From Limisphaerales bacterium (GTDB lineage Bacteria; Verrucomicrobiota; Verrucomicrobiia; Limisphaerales; SIBE01), in the NCBI GenBank assembly GCA_044225505.1, contig JBGAIN010000035.1:1-56289 (forward strand): 56,289 bases of DNA. The letters are read 5' to 3'. Positions 47,920-56,289 of the stretch are shown piece after piece. The stretch's first letter is position 1. Each line of letters starts with the position of its first letter. The notes beneath the pieces are model-generated. The model made no database searches, had not been told where the DNA came from, and was given only the letters and a program-made list of their open reading frames with translations. The translations under genes and the position numbers were made by a program.

Positions 47920-48535
47920 GGCTCTGCGGTTGGTCGTTCCTCCTATAACTTTCACGAGCCATGCGTTGGCATTGCACGTGATCCCTACCATTAAGCCGAT
48001 CGGGATGTGCATTGCCTTTGACCGGAATCAAGTAAACCGACGGTCTCACGGCTCGTTCGCCAGACGGAGTATTGCTCCGCAGGCGCGTTCAACCGGTCGT
48101 CCGAGTAAATTAAAGCGGTTGATGTGACTAGACTATTCGTTCTTCCCTGGTTGGCTCGTTGATGGTGTGTGTAATGTTCGGAACTGTCCCTTGGTTTGCG
48201 ACCGTGAAAAACTTTCCATCCGCCCAGGCAGTGCTGCTCAGCTACCGTTTGGTTCCAAGGTCGCGAGTCGTCTAAGCTGCGCCAGCTTCACGGGTTTGTC
48301 TGATTCCGTTCTCGCGCACTGCACCGCGAACTCCATGCAATGGCCGCGCACAATTAGATTCGTTTCGTGTTTTCGACAGATCAAAACGGTCATCGCCTTT
48401 TCTCCAGGTTCATAAAGATAGTTCCAGACCGTGCGACCACAGCGGCGAGACACGGGAACAGGCAATGAAGCCAAAACCGGACGGAACGACCAAGACGGTA
48501 AACTCTCCGAGCTAGGCCCTGGTCTCCATTCGGAG

Positions 48536-50020
48536 TCATTTACCCGTCTCCGACTGGATCGAAGTCGAGTCACCCGCCAGCCGTATCGATGCTCCAGTTG
48601 AACTTTCTGAATGACTAGGTCTGGAGCTAGGCTCAAAGGTTAATTCGAAGAGAGAACCGTTCGAACTCGTCTCGGCCAGTGCAAGATCCGCATTGATGCA
48701 TTTTGCAAGCTGTTTACTGATCGCTAGTCCGATTCCGCTTCCCCCCGCCTTCTGTGAGCGACAGGGTTGGAACAAAAGGTCTCTCTGACTCTCAGGAACT
48801 CCTTCTCCTTGGTCTCGAACCTGGCAGACAACCAAATGGCCCCGACCGAGAAATGAGACCTGCACCACTTTCCCTTTCGCCGTGGCCTGAATTGCGTTTT
48901 GCACCAGATTATAGAGGATCAGGCTGATCAAATTGGCTTCCCGATTGTTCAATACGCAGTCGACGATCACCGCCATCTGCAGTTCGACGGCTGCTTCTCG
49001 CGCAAGTGGCCGCAGCTTAACATCAAGGACGGATCGCAACTCATCAAGCGACATTTCGTATTCGCTGCTGACTCCTTCATCACGCAAGACACTGACGATT
49101 TGCGAAATCATCGACTGCATTCGTTGAGCGCTCGACGCTGCTAACCTCCAGTCAGAGTCGGTCCCTGTCTCCAGGTCGCCCACGCGCGAAGCCACAAAAC
49201 TCTGAAGCCCGGATAATGGGTTGCGGAGCCCATGAATCAGATGCGCTGTAACTGCGCCGACTGCCGACGTTTTGGCCGCCAGGGCGAGCTCCTGGTTTGC
49301 CCGCAGTAAGCTCTTGGTACGCTCGTTCAACAACAGGTTAACTCGTTGGAGTTGGTGAAAGCTCCAGCCAAGAACGACCACGAGCAGACCTCCTCCCGCG
49401 ATAAAGGTGAGGAGCGCATGCAGCAAGAGACTGCGATCCAGCGTTTTAAACTCAGCGGCAACCCCAGCCCCGTCCAACAAAAACTGAGCGACCCCGACTA
49501 ATTGGTTCTTATTTGGAGAATGCAAAGGCACGCTGACCTCCAGCAGTGGACCTGTAATCGGCGATCCCGATCGGACCGCCAGACTGACCTCACTGAGGTC
49601 GGCAGAGGCATGGAGCTTGGCAATCGGCTTGAGGGAATGAAGCTCTCCCAAATCCTCTCGTGAGAGCGCTTTTTCAGAAACATTTGCATCTGCGAAAATG
49701 CAGTGACCTGTAGCGTCGAAGAGCCTGGTCCCGAGGAGATTGACCAACTGTCGAAGCCGAGCGGTTTGCAGCACGGCGGGCAACTGATCTGAGGCTTTCT
49801 CGGTGGTATCGATCCAATCCTCGTCGGATTTCTCACGCAACCACAAGGCATAGAGGATCTGTGCGTGCTGCGCGGTGATCTGCTTGCGAGCGTTTTGCCT
49901 GAGATATAGTGAGCCAAACAGAATCGTTGCGCTCAAGATTGCGAGAGCAAGCCCAATCGGAACTGCCAAGGGCATGTGCCTGGATCCGATAATGAAATAA
50001 CGCTCGGGCTTTTCCGCCAT
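48536..50020 (-). CDS. membrane sensor histidine kinase
   Basis: 2 TM flanking a periplasmic domain; AHLIHGLRNP H-box; NLVQNAIQA; DQGEG; GSGIGLAIS. Confidence 0.92.
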   Translation of the reverse strand: MAEKPERYFIIGSRHMPLAVPIGLALAILSATILFGSLYLRQNARKQITAQHAQILYALWLREKSDEDWIDTTEKASDQLPAVLQTARLRQLVNLLGTRLFDATGHCIFADANVSEKALSREDLGELHSLKPIAKLHASADLSEVSLAVRSGSPITGPLLEVSVPLHSPNKNQLVGVAQFLLDGAGVAAEFKTLDRSLLLHALLTFIAGGGLLVVVLGWSFHQLQRVNLLLNERTKSLLRANQELALAAKTSAVGAVTAHLIHGLRNPLSGLQSFVASRVGDLETGTDSDWRLAASSAQRMQSMISQIVSVLRDEGVSSEYEMSLDELRSVLDVKLRPLAREAAVELQMAVIVDCVLNNREANLISLILYNLVQNAIQATAKGKVVQVSFLGRGHLVVCQVRDQGEGVPESQRDLLFQPCRSQKAGGSGIGLAISKQLAKCINADLALAETSSNGSLFELTFEPSSRPSHSESSTGASIRLAGDSTSIQSETGK

Positions 50021-50075
50021 TGTTCAATTTGATGAGCTTACCCCCTCTCCCAGAACTGTAAAACTCAATTCCAGG

Positions 50076-51227
50076 TTAGAATTCCCACTCCACTCCGCCA
50101 GAGATGGAGTTGACGCTATACGCGTCGAGGCTGAGATTCGAAAACGCGCGTTCGTATTCGTATTGCGCGAAAATCTTGAAAGTCCGTGTTAGAGCTTTCT
50201 CGCCCCGCAAACCCACGCGGACAAAGGTTTTTTCACGCCGTGCCGACCTTATATCGCCGACGCGCTGATTATCATACCAGTACTGAAAGACCCTCGCGTC
50301 CGCGCGCACTTCCCATTTTTCGATTTGAAAGCGGAGTTGCTCCGAGAATTGGGGACGCCAGTAGGCATAGTAACCGCCGCCATTGTCTTCGTTCCGCTGC
50401 AGAGTCAGTTTAGTGATTGTACGCCACCTTTTTTGATCATCCCAATACTGTCGCCAAGTCGCCGCGACCTCGTGCTGGAAATAAACCAGACTTTGCCTCG
50501 ACTCGACGTTTCCTTTGGAGTCACGCGGTTCCCGGGTGTCGTGGAGACGTTGCGAGAATTGGTAAGAAAGACTGACGTCCGAACTTCGGCCAATTGCCCG
50601 CGTAAGATTGAATTTCGGACCGAATTCCCAATAATCATCAACAAAACCTCCAAAGAACTGCCGCGTCGCTGGAAGTTCCATGTCCAACTTGAACCCTTGG
50701 CCAAGTCCTTTCGTTAGCGTAGGTTTGAGCGTGAATGCGTGGCCTTCAATCTGCAGCGATAGGATCTGCTCTTCAAATGTCGATGCGTCCAAGACCTGGT
50801 CGAAATAAACATATTCAGCAGCGAGACTGAGCTTCCAGCTATTGCTCAGATCTTTCGCAGCTTGCGCATGAACGAGTGCCGTGGTCTCGTGGCTGACCTC
50901 GACTGCGTCCAGGTAACGAAGGTATTCTCCCGAGGAAAACAACGTATACTCCCATCCCCTTTCAGGGAGCCTGAACAGTGTAAGGTCTACTCCCCCCCCG
51001 ACAAAGCCGCTGGCAACCTGATTTCGGCTTCCCAGCAAGACATTGTCCTTGTAACCCGAAAAAGCTCGAGTCTCGACAGTTCGGATCCATCGGACCGGCA
51101 AGTCTTCTCCCGCCTCGAGAGAGGTTTCGACACCTGAGACAGGCCTCAGTACCAAGACTGCGGAAAGGAGGAAGCACCAGAGCCGAACTTGGCAAGGTCG
51201 TGTTCCGAGGTCGCGCGGCATCAACAA
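50076..51227 (-). CDS. outer-membrane beta-barrel protein (unknown family)
   Basis: Signal peptide, GYKDNVL first-strand motif, alternating aromatic strands, C-terminal GGVEWEF BAM signal. Confidence 0.8.
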   Translation of the reverse strand: MLMPRDLGTRPCQVRLWCFLLSAVLVLRPVSGVETSLEAGEDLPVRWIRTVETRAFSGYKDNVLLGSRNQVASGFVGGGVDLTLFRLPERGWEYTLFSSGEYLRYLDAVEVSHETTALVHAQAAKDLSNSWKLSLAAEYVYFDQVLDASTFEEQILSLQIEGHAFTLKPTLTKGLGQGFKLDMELPATRQFFGGFVDDYWEFGPKFNLTRAIGRSSDVSLSYQFSQRLHDTREPRDSKGNVESRQSLVYFQHEVAATWRQYWDDQKRWRTITKLTLQRNEDNGGGYYAYWRPQFSEQLRFQIEKWEVRADARVFQYWYDNQRVGDIRSARREKTFVRVGLRGEKALTRTFKIFAQYEYERAFSNLSLDAYSVNSISGGVEWEF

Positions 51228-51320
51228 ATAGAGAAAGCCAGGTGAAGCATATCGCCACCTGCCTTATCCCTACTCGAAGCAATCGAAACTGACCAGAATC
51301 AAATGTGCGAAGGCCAGAAA

Positions 51321-51887
51321 CTAGTTATCGTTGCCTTTTCGCTGCCGAGCCCGATCCTTCACCTGCTCCTTTGCGTCCTCAATGACGTCCCGATGATCTT
51401 TAAGTTGGTCTTGAAGCTCGCTCACCCGCTTTCTGAACTCTTCTCGCATGTCCTTCTGCTGCTGCAAGAACTGATCTCGCTTATCGCGAAGTTCGGCTCG
51501 TAGCTTCTCGCGTTGTTCGTCTTTGGCTTTCTTGATCTTTTCCTGCAAATCCTTCTGCTCTTCTAAAAAGGCCGCTTGGGCTGCTTTGATGTCGTCCAGC
51601 ATCTTCTTAACCGAATCCTGAGCATCTTGCTTATCAGGCTTTTCCGCACGATCTGGACGCTCTGGGCGCTCGGGATGATCCGGTTGCTTGGGCTTTTCCT
51701 TGCTCGAACCTTTACCTGATCTTTCCAGTCGATTGTTACCGTCTGCCACCGCTGGCAGAGTCGTCGAGATGGAACTCTTGACCACGGCGCCCGACGCTCG
51801 CTGTGCTGGCGGGGCATCCGCGCCAGCCCAATTACTGGCCAGCGGCATCAACAACCCACAAAGCACAAGAAGACTTCTAATTGTCAT
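51321..51887 (-). CDS. secreted highly charged coiled-coil protein
   Basis: Signal peptide (..NWAGA), PDHPERPERPDRAEKP linker, about 90-aa K/E/Q/R-rich helical C-terminus. Confidence 0.8.
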   Translation of the reverse strand: MTIRSLLVLCGLLMPLASNWAGADAPPAQRASGAVVKSSISTTLPAVADGNNRLERSGKGSSKEKPKQPDHPERPERPDRAEKPDKQDAQDSVKKMLDDIKAAQAAFLEEQKDLQEKIKKAKDEQREKLRAELRDKRDQFLQQQKDMREEFRKRVSELQDQLKDHRDVIEDAKEQVKDRARQRKGNDN

Positions 51888-52005
51888 AGAGTCACGTTGG
51901 ATCAAGCATAACTCTCACGGACTACGATTTCACTCTCGAGATTTCTATCTTCGCGCACGCCTGAGGGCGAATCTGCTTGAGTCCAATAACTGCCAAAAAC
52001 TACTT

Positions 52006-52021
52006 TGCATGGCGCGTGCCA
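52006..52021 (-). promoter_or_regulatory. sigma54 (-24/-12) promoter
   Basis: Minus strand TGGCACG-CGCC-ATGCA (GG-N10-GC), between the sigma54 activator gene and the coiled-coil gene. Confidence 0.8.
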
Positions 52022-52106
52022 TCTCGCTCGCTTCTTGCTAAGTCTCTTTTAGTCAGATTAACACCACGACTTTTGAGATCAACATTGTGCCAATCAAAAT
52101 CAGGGG

Positions 52107-53567
52107 CTACCCCACATCAGGCGCATTCGGATCGGCTCCTTGGGGGATGTCCCCGTTTCGGATCCTGTTTTGTCCGGCCAATCGATATCGAACATAATCG
52201 CGCGACACTCCCAACAGCCGAGCCGCGGCCGACACGTTGCTATGTGTCTGCTTCAGAGCGTGTTTTATCAACCGGTTAATAGCTTCTTCCAGCGAAAACG
52301 TCCCTTCGCCAGGATAGATAAATGCCTCGTTGAACCAGTCCGAACTTAGGCCGGTCTCACCTGCTACAGGGACGGAAGTCGGGCCAATTAAATGCTCAAA
52401 CCGCAACTGATCCGACTCCTCAAAAACCAAGGCTCGCTCTAACTCGTGAGACAACTCCCGGACGTTGCCCGGCCAAGGGTACTGCAGCAGTTTCTTTCGT
52501 CCATCTGGGTGAATCGCTTTACCGGGGAGGCGGTGCTTTTTCTCAAGGCGTCCAATCAAGCTTTCGGCCAGTTGGAGAATGTCTTCCCCTCTGGCTCGGA
52601 GAGGCGGGATTGAAACTCTAAATAAATCAAGCCGATGGAGTAAATCTTCCCGGAACACACCTTTGCTCACAAGCCCCTTAAGATTCTGATTGGTTGCCGC
52701 AACGATGCGAACGTCGACGGAGATTTCTTTGTTCCCGCCCAATCGCCGAATTTTATGGTCTTCAATGACAGTTAAAACTTTAGCTTGCAGAGGCAAAGAG
52801 AGGCTCGGAAGTTCGTCCATAAACAAGGTTCCGCCGTGAGCTGCCTCAAACAAGCCCATCCGAGCCGTCCGAGCATCTGTAAACGCACCCCGTTCATGAC
52901 CGAACAGTTCGGATTCCGCGAGAGTCTCCACCATGGCCGAACAGTTCACCTCAACCAGAGGTTGGCTAGCGCGCGGGCCGTGATGATGGATCCACCGAGC
53001 GATGGTCGTTTTGCCAGTCCCAGTCTCGCCCTCGATAAGGACCGGAGGCAAAGTGTTCTGAAGTCGATTATCTGCCGCGAGGATCTTGTCGAGCTGTACT
53101 TGAAGCGGGCGCAACGAAGCTCCGAAGAAAAAGGCGTCGCCCGATTGCAGGGCGTCACTCCGTCGATGCTCGCTAATCCGCTCAGTCTGCTTGGAACGTC
53201 GAGCCCTATTGATCACCAACGGCAACTGGCCAAGATCAAAGGGTTTGACCAGATAATCCAAAGCACCGAGACGCATTGCTTCTACCGCTCCGGAGACTCC
53301 GCCTTCCGCCGTCATTACTATAACTCCGGTTCCGGCGGCAAAGTTCCGGTCTTTGAATAAATCCGTCCCTGCCCCGTCGGGCAAATTGACGTCGAGCAGG
53401 ACGTAGTCGAAGTTCAAATCCTGCAGCAGTTTCCGAGCGCGTTCCAGGGTATCCGCGGTGGTTACATCGGCTCCAAGACGTTCCAGGTATGAGGCAATCT
53501 GTTTTCTCAGCAACGGTTCGTCTTCGACGATCAAGATGTTCAGACTGCCCAGTGCCGAATTCTGCAT
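52107..53567 (-). CDS. sigma54-dependent response regulator (NtrC/ZraR family)
   Basis: REC (IVEDE, LLDVNLPD, KPF), GETGTGKT, ESELFGHERGAFTDA, FREDLLHRL, WPGNVREL, Fis HTH NVSAAARLLGVSR. Confidence 0.96.
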   Translation of the reverse strand: MQNSALGSLNILIVEDEPLLRKQIASYLERLGADVTTADTLERARKLLQDLNFDYVLLDVNLPDGAGTDLFKDRNFAAGTGVIVMTAEGGVSGAVEAMRLGALDYLVKPFDLGQLPLVINRARRSKQTERISEHRRSDALQSGDAFFFGASLRPLQVQLDKILAADNRLQNTLPPVLIEGETGTGKTTIARWIHHHGPRASQPLVEVNCSAMVETLAESELFGHERGAFTDARTARMGLFEAAHGGTLFMDELPSLSLPLQAKVLTVIEDHKIRRLGGNKEISVDVRIVAATNQNLKGLVSKGVFREDLLHRLDLFRVSIPPLRARGEDILQLAESLIGRLEKKHRLPGKAIHPDGRKKLLQYPWPGNVRELSHELERALVFEESDQLRFEHLIGPTSVPVAGETGLSSDWFNEAFIYPGEGTFSLEEAINRLIKHALKQTHSNVSAAARLLGVSRDYVRYRLAGQNRIRNGDIPQGADPNAPDVG

Positions 53568-54079
53568 ACCAGATCTTGAGCCGAAATGGCCCCACTGGCC
53601 ACAAGAAAATTGGATCTAAGGCCAAAGTAACGAGGCGAGTTGCGGCCTGGGAAAAAGACACCTGGAGTGAATCAAGAACGACCTTTTTGTATTCTACAAG
53701 CCACTGATCTTGAACGTATTAAAATTGCTTGTCCAGTTCTTGCGGATGGGCTTCGCGGGTCCCGCAGAGACGTCCAAAACACAGTTTGTCATCGGGAAAC
53801 TGTCGCGTTCAAAAAGGCCGGGCATCTTTGGTCCACGTGTTCTAAATAATTATTCATAAGCATGTTATGCGTGTGTCAACAAATTGTGGGCAACGCACTC
53901 AGGATCCCTCTGCTCGGTGTTCGAGTGCTGCCAGAGAGGCGCGGATTGCAGCGCTGAGGCACGAGTTTGAAGCGAGGCGAACAGCTTACGACAATGCCAT
54001 ACTAGACTGATCTTCACTATATTCCGCTTGTGCTCACCGTGGTTCAAAATGTGTTTTAGCGGACCGCCGGATGGAAAGA

Positions 54080-54108
54080 TTGACGGCCAGCACATCTCCC
54101 CTCATAGT
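54080..54108 (+). promoter_or_regulatory. sigma70-type promoter of the riboswitch-kup transcript
   Basis: TTGACG-N17-CATAGT immediately before the aptamer. Confidence 0.6.
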
Positions 54109-54110
54109 GA

Positions 54111-54265
54111 TTCCCGCAGCCTAATGTCGGCTTCCTTCCTGAGGCCGACAACGGGGGAACCATCGCTTGTGTAGGAACACAAGCCGGGGCGAACGACGTT
54201 GATCATTTGCGTTGAGGCCACTTTCCGAGCCCAGCCCGCCAGCTAACCTCGTCGGCAAGGGGAAG
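54111..54265 (+). ncRNA. cyclic di-AMP riboswitch (ydaO/yuaA class)
   Basis: Ordered motifs GCCTAA-P2(TGTCGGC/GCCGACA)-ACGGGGGAACCA...GGGGCGAA...CCCGCCAGCTAACCTCGTCGGC; closing TTCCC/GGGAA; upstream of a K+ transporter. Confidence 0.9.
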
Positions 54266-54375
54266 GGCATCCGGTTGGAACGTTGCAGGCGTTTCCCACG
54301 ATCCCGGTGAAATGGCGGCCGCGGCAATCACTGCCGCAGGTCAATCCACTTCACTTCGAATAGAAGGAAACTAGA

Positions 54376-56262
54376 GTGCAATTGGAACCGTCGGCAAAGT
54401 CAGGGGTTCGCCCGGCTTTGGTAGTAGGTGCGTTGGGTGTCGTCTATGGAGATATCGGAACGAGTCCGCTCTACGCTTTGCGGGAGTGTTTCCATAGTGC
54501 CCATGGGCTGACGGTGTCTCCTCAGACAGTCTTCGGCGTTATCTCGCTGATCTTCTGGTCGCTGACCCTGATTGTTGCAGTTAAATACTTGGGCTTGATT
54601 CTGCGAGCCAACAACAAAGGTGAAGGAGGAATTCTGGCTTTGCTAACGCTCGCGGTTGGGGAACACCGGTCAACGGATAAACGCTCTGTGAGGCTCCTCC
54701 TGGCCCTGGGCCTGTTTGGATCTGCTCTCCTTTATGGAGATGGGATCATCACTCCGGCAGTCACGGTCTTGGGCGCGATGGAAGGATTGGAAGTCGCAAC
54801 GCCGCTGTTTCAGCACGCCGTCGTTCCAATGGCGATCGCTGTCCTGATCGTCATTTTCTCCGTCCAACGGCTTGGAACGGGCAAAGTTGGAAGAGTTTTC
54901 GGACCGGTAATGCTGGTCTGGTTTGTCGTCCTGGCCATTCTCGGATTTCGTGGGGTTCTACGTGCTCCCGAGATTATGGGTGCTTTAAGCCCTTATCCAG
55001 GGATCCACTTTCTCTTGCACAACACATCGATGTCGTTTCCCGTTCTCGGATCGGTTTTTCTGTCCGTCACAGGCGCAGAGGCCCTTTACGCTGACATGGG
55101 TCACTTTGGACCCCGGCCAATCCGCCGGGCGTGGTTCGCGATCGTATTTCCCGCGCTGCTTCTGAACTATTTGGGAGAAGGAGCGTTATTGCTCACGAAT
55201 CCAGAAGCGGCAAGAAATCCATTCTTTCTGCTGGCACCCTCATGGGCCGTCTTGCCGCTGGTTGGGCTCTCCACTCTAGCCGCGATTATTGCCTCGCAAG
55301 CGCTGATTTCTGGTGCGTATTCCCTGACGATGCAGGCGGTGCAAATGGGATACTTGCCCCGTTTGCGGATCTTGCACACGTCTCATTCTGAGCGCGGGCA
55401 AATTTACATGCCCCAGGTTAACGGGTTCTTGATGATTGCGTGTATCGGGCTCGTGTTGGCATTTCAAAACTCCAGCCGACTTGCCGGGGCTTACGGGATC
55501 GCTGTTTCGCTGACGATGTTGGCGACGACTCTGCTTTTTTACGGAGCCGCGCGGCGGTGCTGGGGATGGAGGAAGCCTGTTGTTTTCGGGGTGTGCGTGC
55601 TTTTTCTGGCGATTGAGCTGCCGTTTGCAACGGCTAATGGCCTCAAAGTGTGGCAAGGAGGATGGTTTCCGTTGGTGGTAGGGACGGCGATATTCGCGCT
55701 CATGACGACTTGGCAGAAAGGGCGAGCGTTGTTGCGAAAGCGGCTCGCGGACAGCTATCTGCCGCTCGATCTCTTTCTTGGGGACATCGAAAGCACTCGG
55801 ATCCATCGCGTGCCAGGAACTGCGGTCTTCATGTCTGGCAGCCTGACCGGAACTCCCATCGCGCTACTTCATAACCTGCGTCACAACCAGGTTCTTCACG
55901 AGCGCGTCGTCATTCTCACCATCTCCAGCGAGGATATCCCACTGGTCAGTACGACGGAGCGCCTGCGCGTGGAGACCCTCCGACCAGATCTCTTTCGCGT
56001 AATCGGACGGTATGGATTCATGGAGCAGCCTGACATTCCAAGCCTATTGGCCGACTGCGAGCCGCTTGGTCTGGCCTTGGACCCAAACAAGACGACGTTC
56101 TTTCTTAGCCGCGAAACGATTATTCCTAACGGTCGCGGCGGTCTGGGACCCTGGAGAAGCAAACTGTTTGCCGCGATGTCCCGAAACGCCCAGCCAGCGA
56201 CCGCTTTCTTTCAGCTGCCGCCAAATCGGGTCGTTGAGCTCGGGATGCAAGTGGAGGTGTAG
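54376..56262 (+). CDS. kup: KUP/HAK/KT potassium transporter
   Basis: GVVYGDIGTSPLY, GEGG, YGDGIITPA, GAEALYADMGHFG, GQIYMP, AYGIAV, FFLSRET; GAAGGA RBS before GTG. Confidence 0.97.
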   Translation: MQLEPSAKSGVRPALVVGALGVVYGDIGTSPLYALRECFHSAHGLTVSPQTVFGVISLIFWSLTLIVAVKYLGLILRANNKGEGGILALLTLAVGEHRSTDKRSVRLLLALGLFGSALLYGDGIITPAVTVLGAMEGLEVATPLFQHAVVPMAIAVLIVIFSVQRLGTGKVGRVFGPVMLVWFVVLAILGFRGVLRAPEIMGALSPYPGIHFLLHNTSMSFPVLGSVFLSVTGAEALYADMGHFGPRPIRRAWFAIVFPALLLNYLGEGALLLTNPEAARNPFFLLAPSWAVLPLVGLSTLAAIIASQALISGAYSLTMQAVQMGYLPRLRILHTSHSERGQIYMPQVNGFLMIACIGLVLAFQNSSRLAGAYGIAVSLTMLATTLLFYGAARRCWGWRKPVVFGVCVLFLAIELPFATANGLKVWQGGWFPLVVGTAIFALMTTWQKGRALLRKRLADSYLPLDLFLGDIESTRIHRVPGTAVFMSGSLTGTPIALLHNLRHNQVLHERVVILTISSEDIPLVSTTERLRVETLRPDLFRVIGRYGFMEQPDIPSLLADCEPLGLALDPNKTTFFLSRETIIPNGRGGLGPWRSKLFAAMSRNAQPATAFFQLPPNRVVELGMQVEV

Positions 56263-56289
56263 GCGCGCAAAGCCGCAATTCGGTGAACG

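Noticed and set aside
52077..52092. Second sigma54 promoter (TGGCACAATGTTGATC, minus strand)
   Set aside because: Lacks the GG-N10-GC spacing

Overview
Chromosomal segment, most likely from a Verrucomicrobiota bacterium (subdivision 3/Pedosphaerales-like). This is inferred from the DUF1549/DUF1553 + DUF1501 pair, a giant lamin-tail/CotH surface protein with a Verrucomicrobia-type C-terminal domain, and the tmRNA tag ANEELALAA. No CRISPR array, integrase, transposase or prophage is visible. RNA elements: tmRNA (198-549), tRNA-Val(TAC) (44026-44101), a clear c-di-AMP (ydaO-class) riboswitch ahead of kup, and a degenerate fluoride-riboswitch-like motif ahead of fluC. Gene content: a chemoreceptor with one in-frame TAG, a small nucleoid-protein candidate, a 3239-aa PA14/LTD/CotH/cadherin exoprotein, carbohydrate genes, a locally damaged CotH-remnant/SIMPL region, and a MoxR-DUF58-DUF4129 operon. 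There is an envelope-stress cluster (ECF sigma, Spy-like protein, DegP, CusR-like two-component system with a palindromic operator). There is also a compact sigma54 module (NtrC-type activator > -24/-12 promoter > secreted coiled-coil protein > outer-membrane beta-barrel > sensor kinase), which is the best candidate here for an undescribed system. Intergenic DNA carries an 11-bp GATC tandem repeat and 5-bp-periodic tracts. All family calls come from motif recognition by eye, not database searches.
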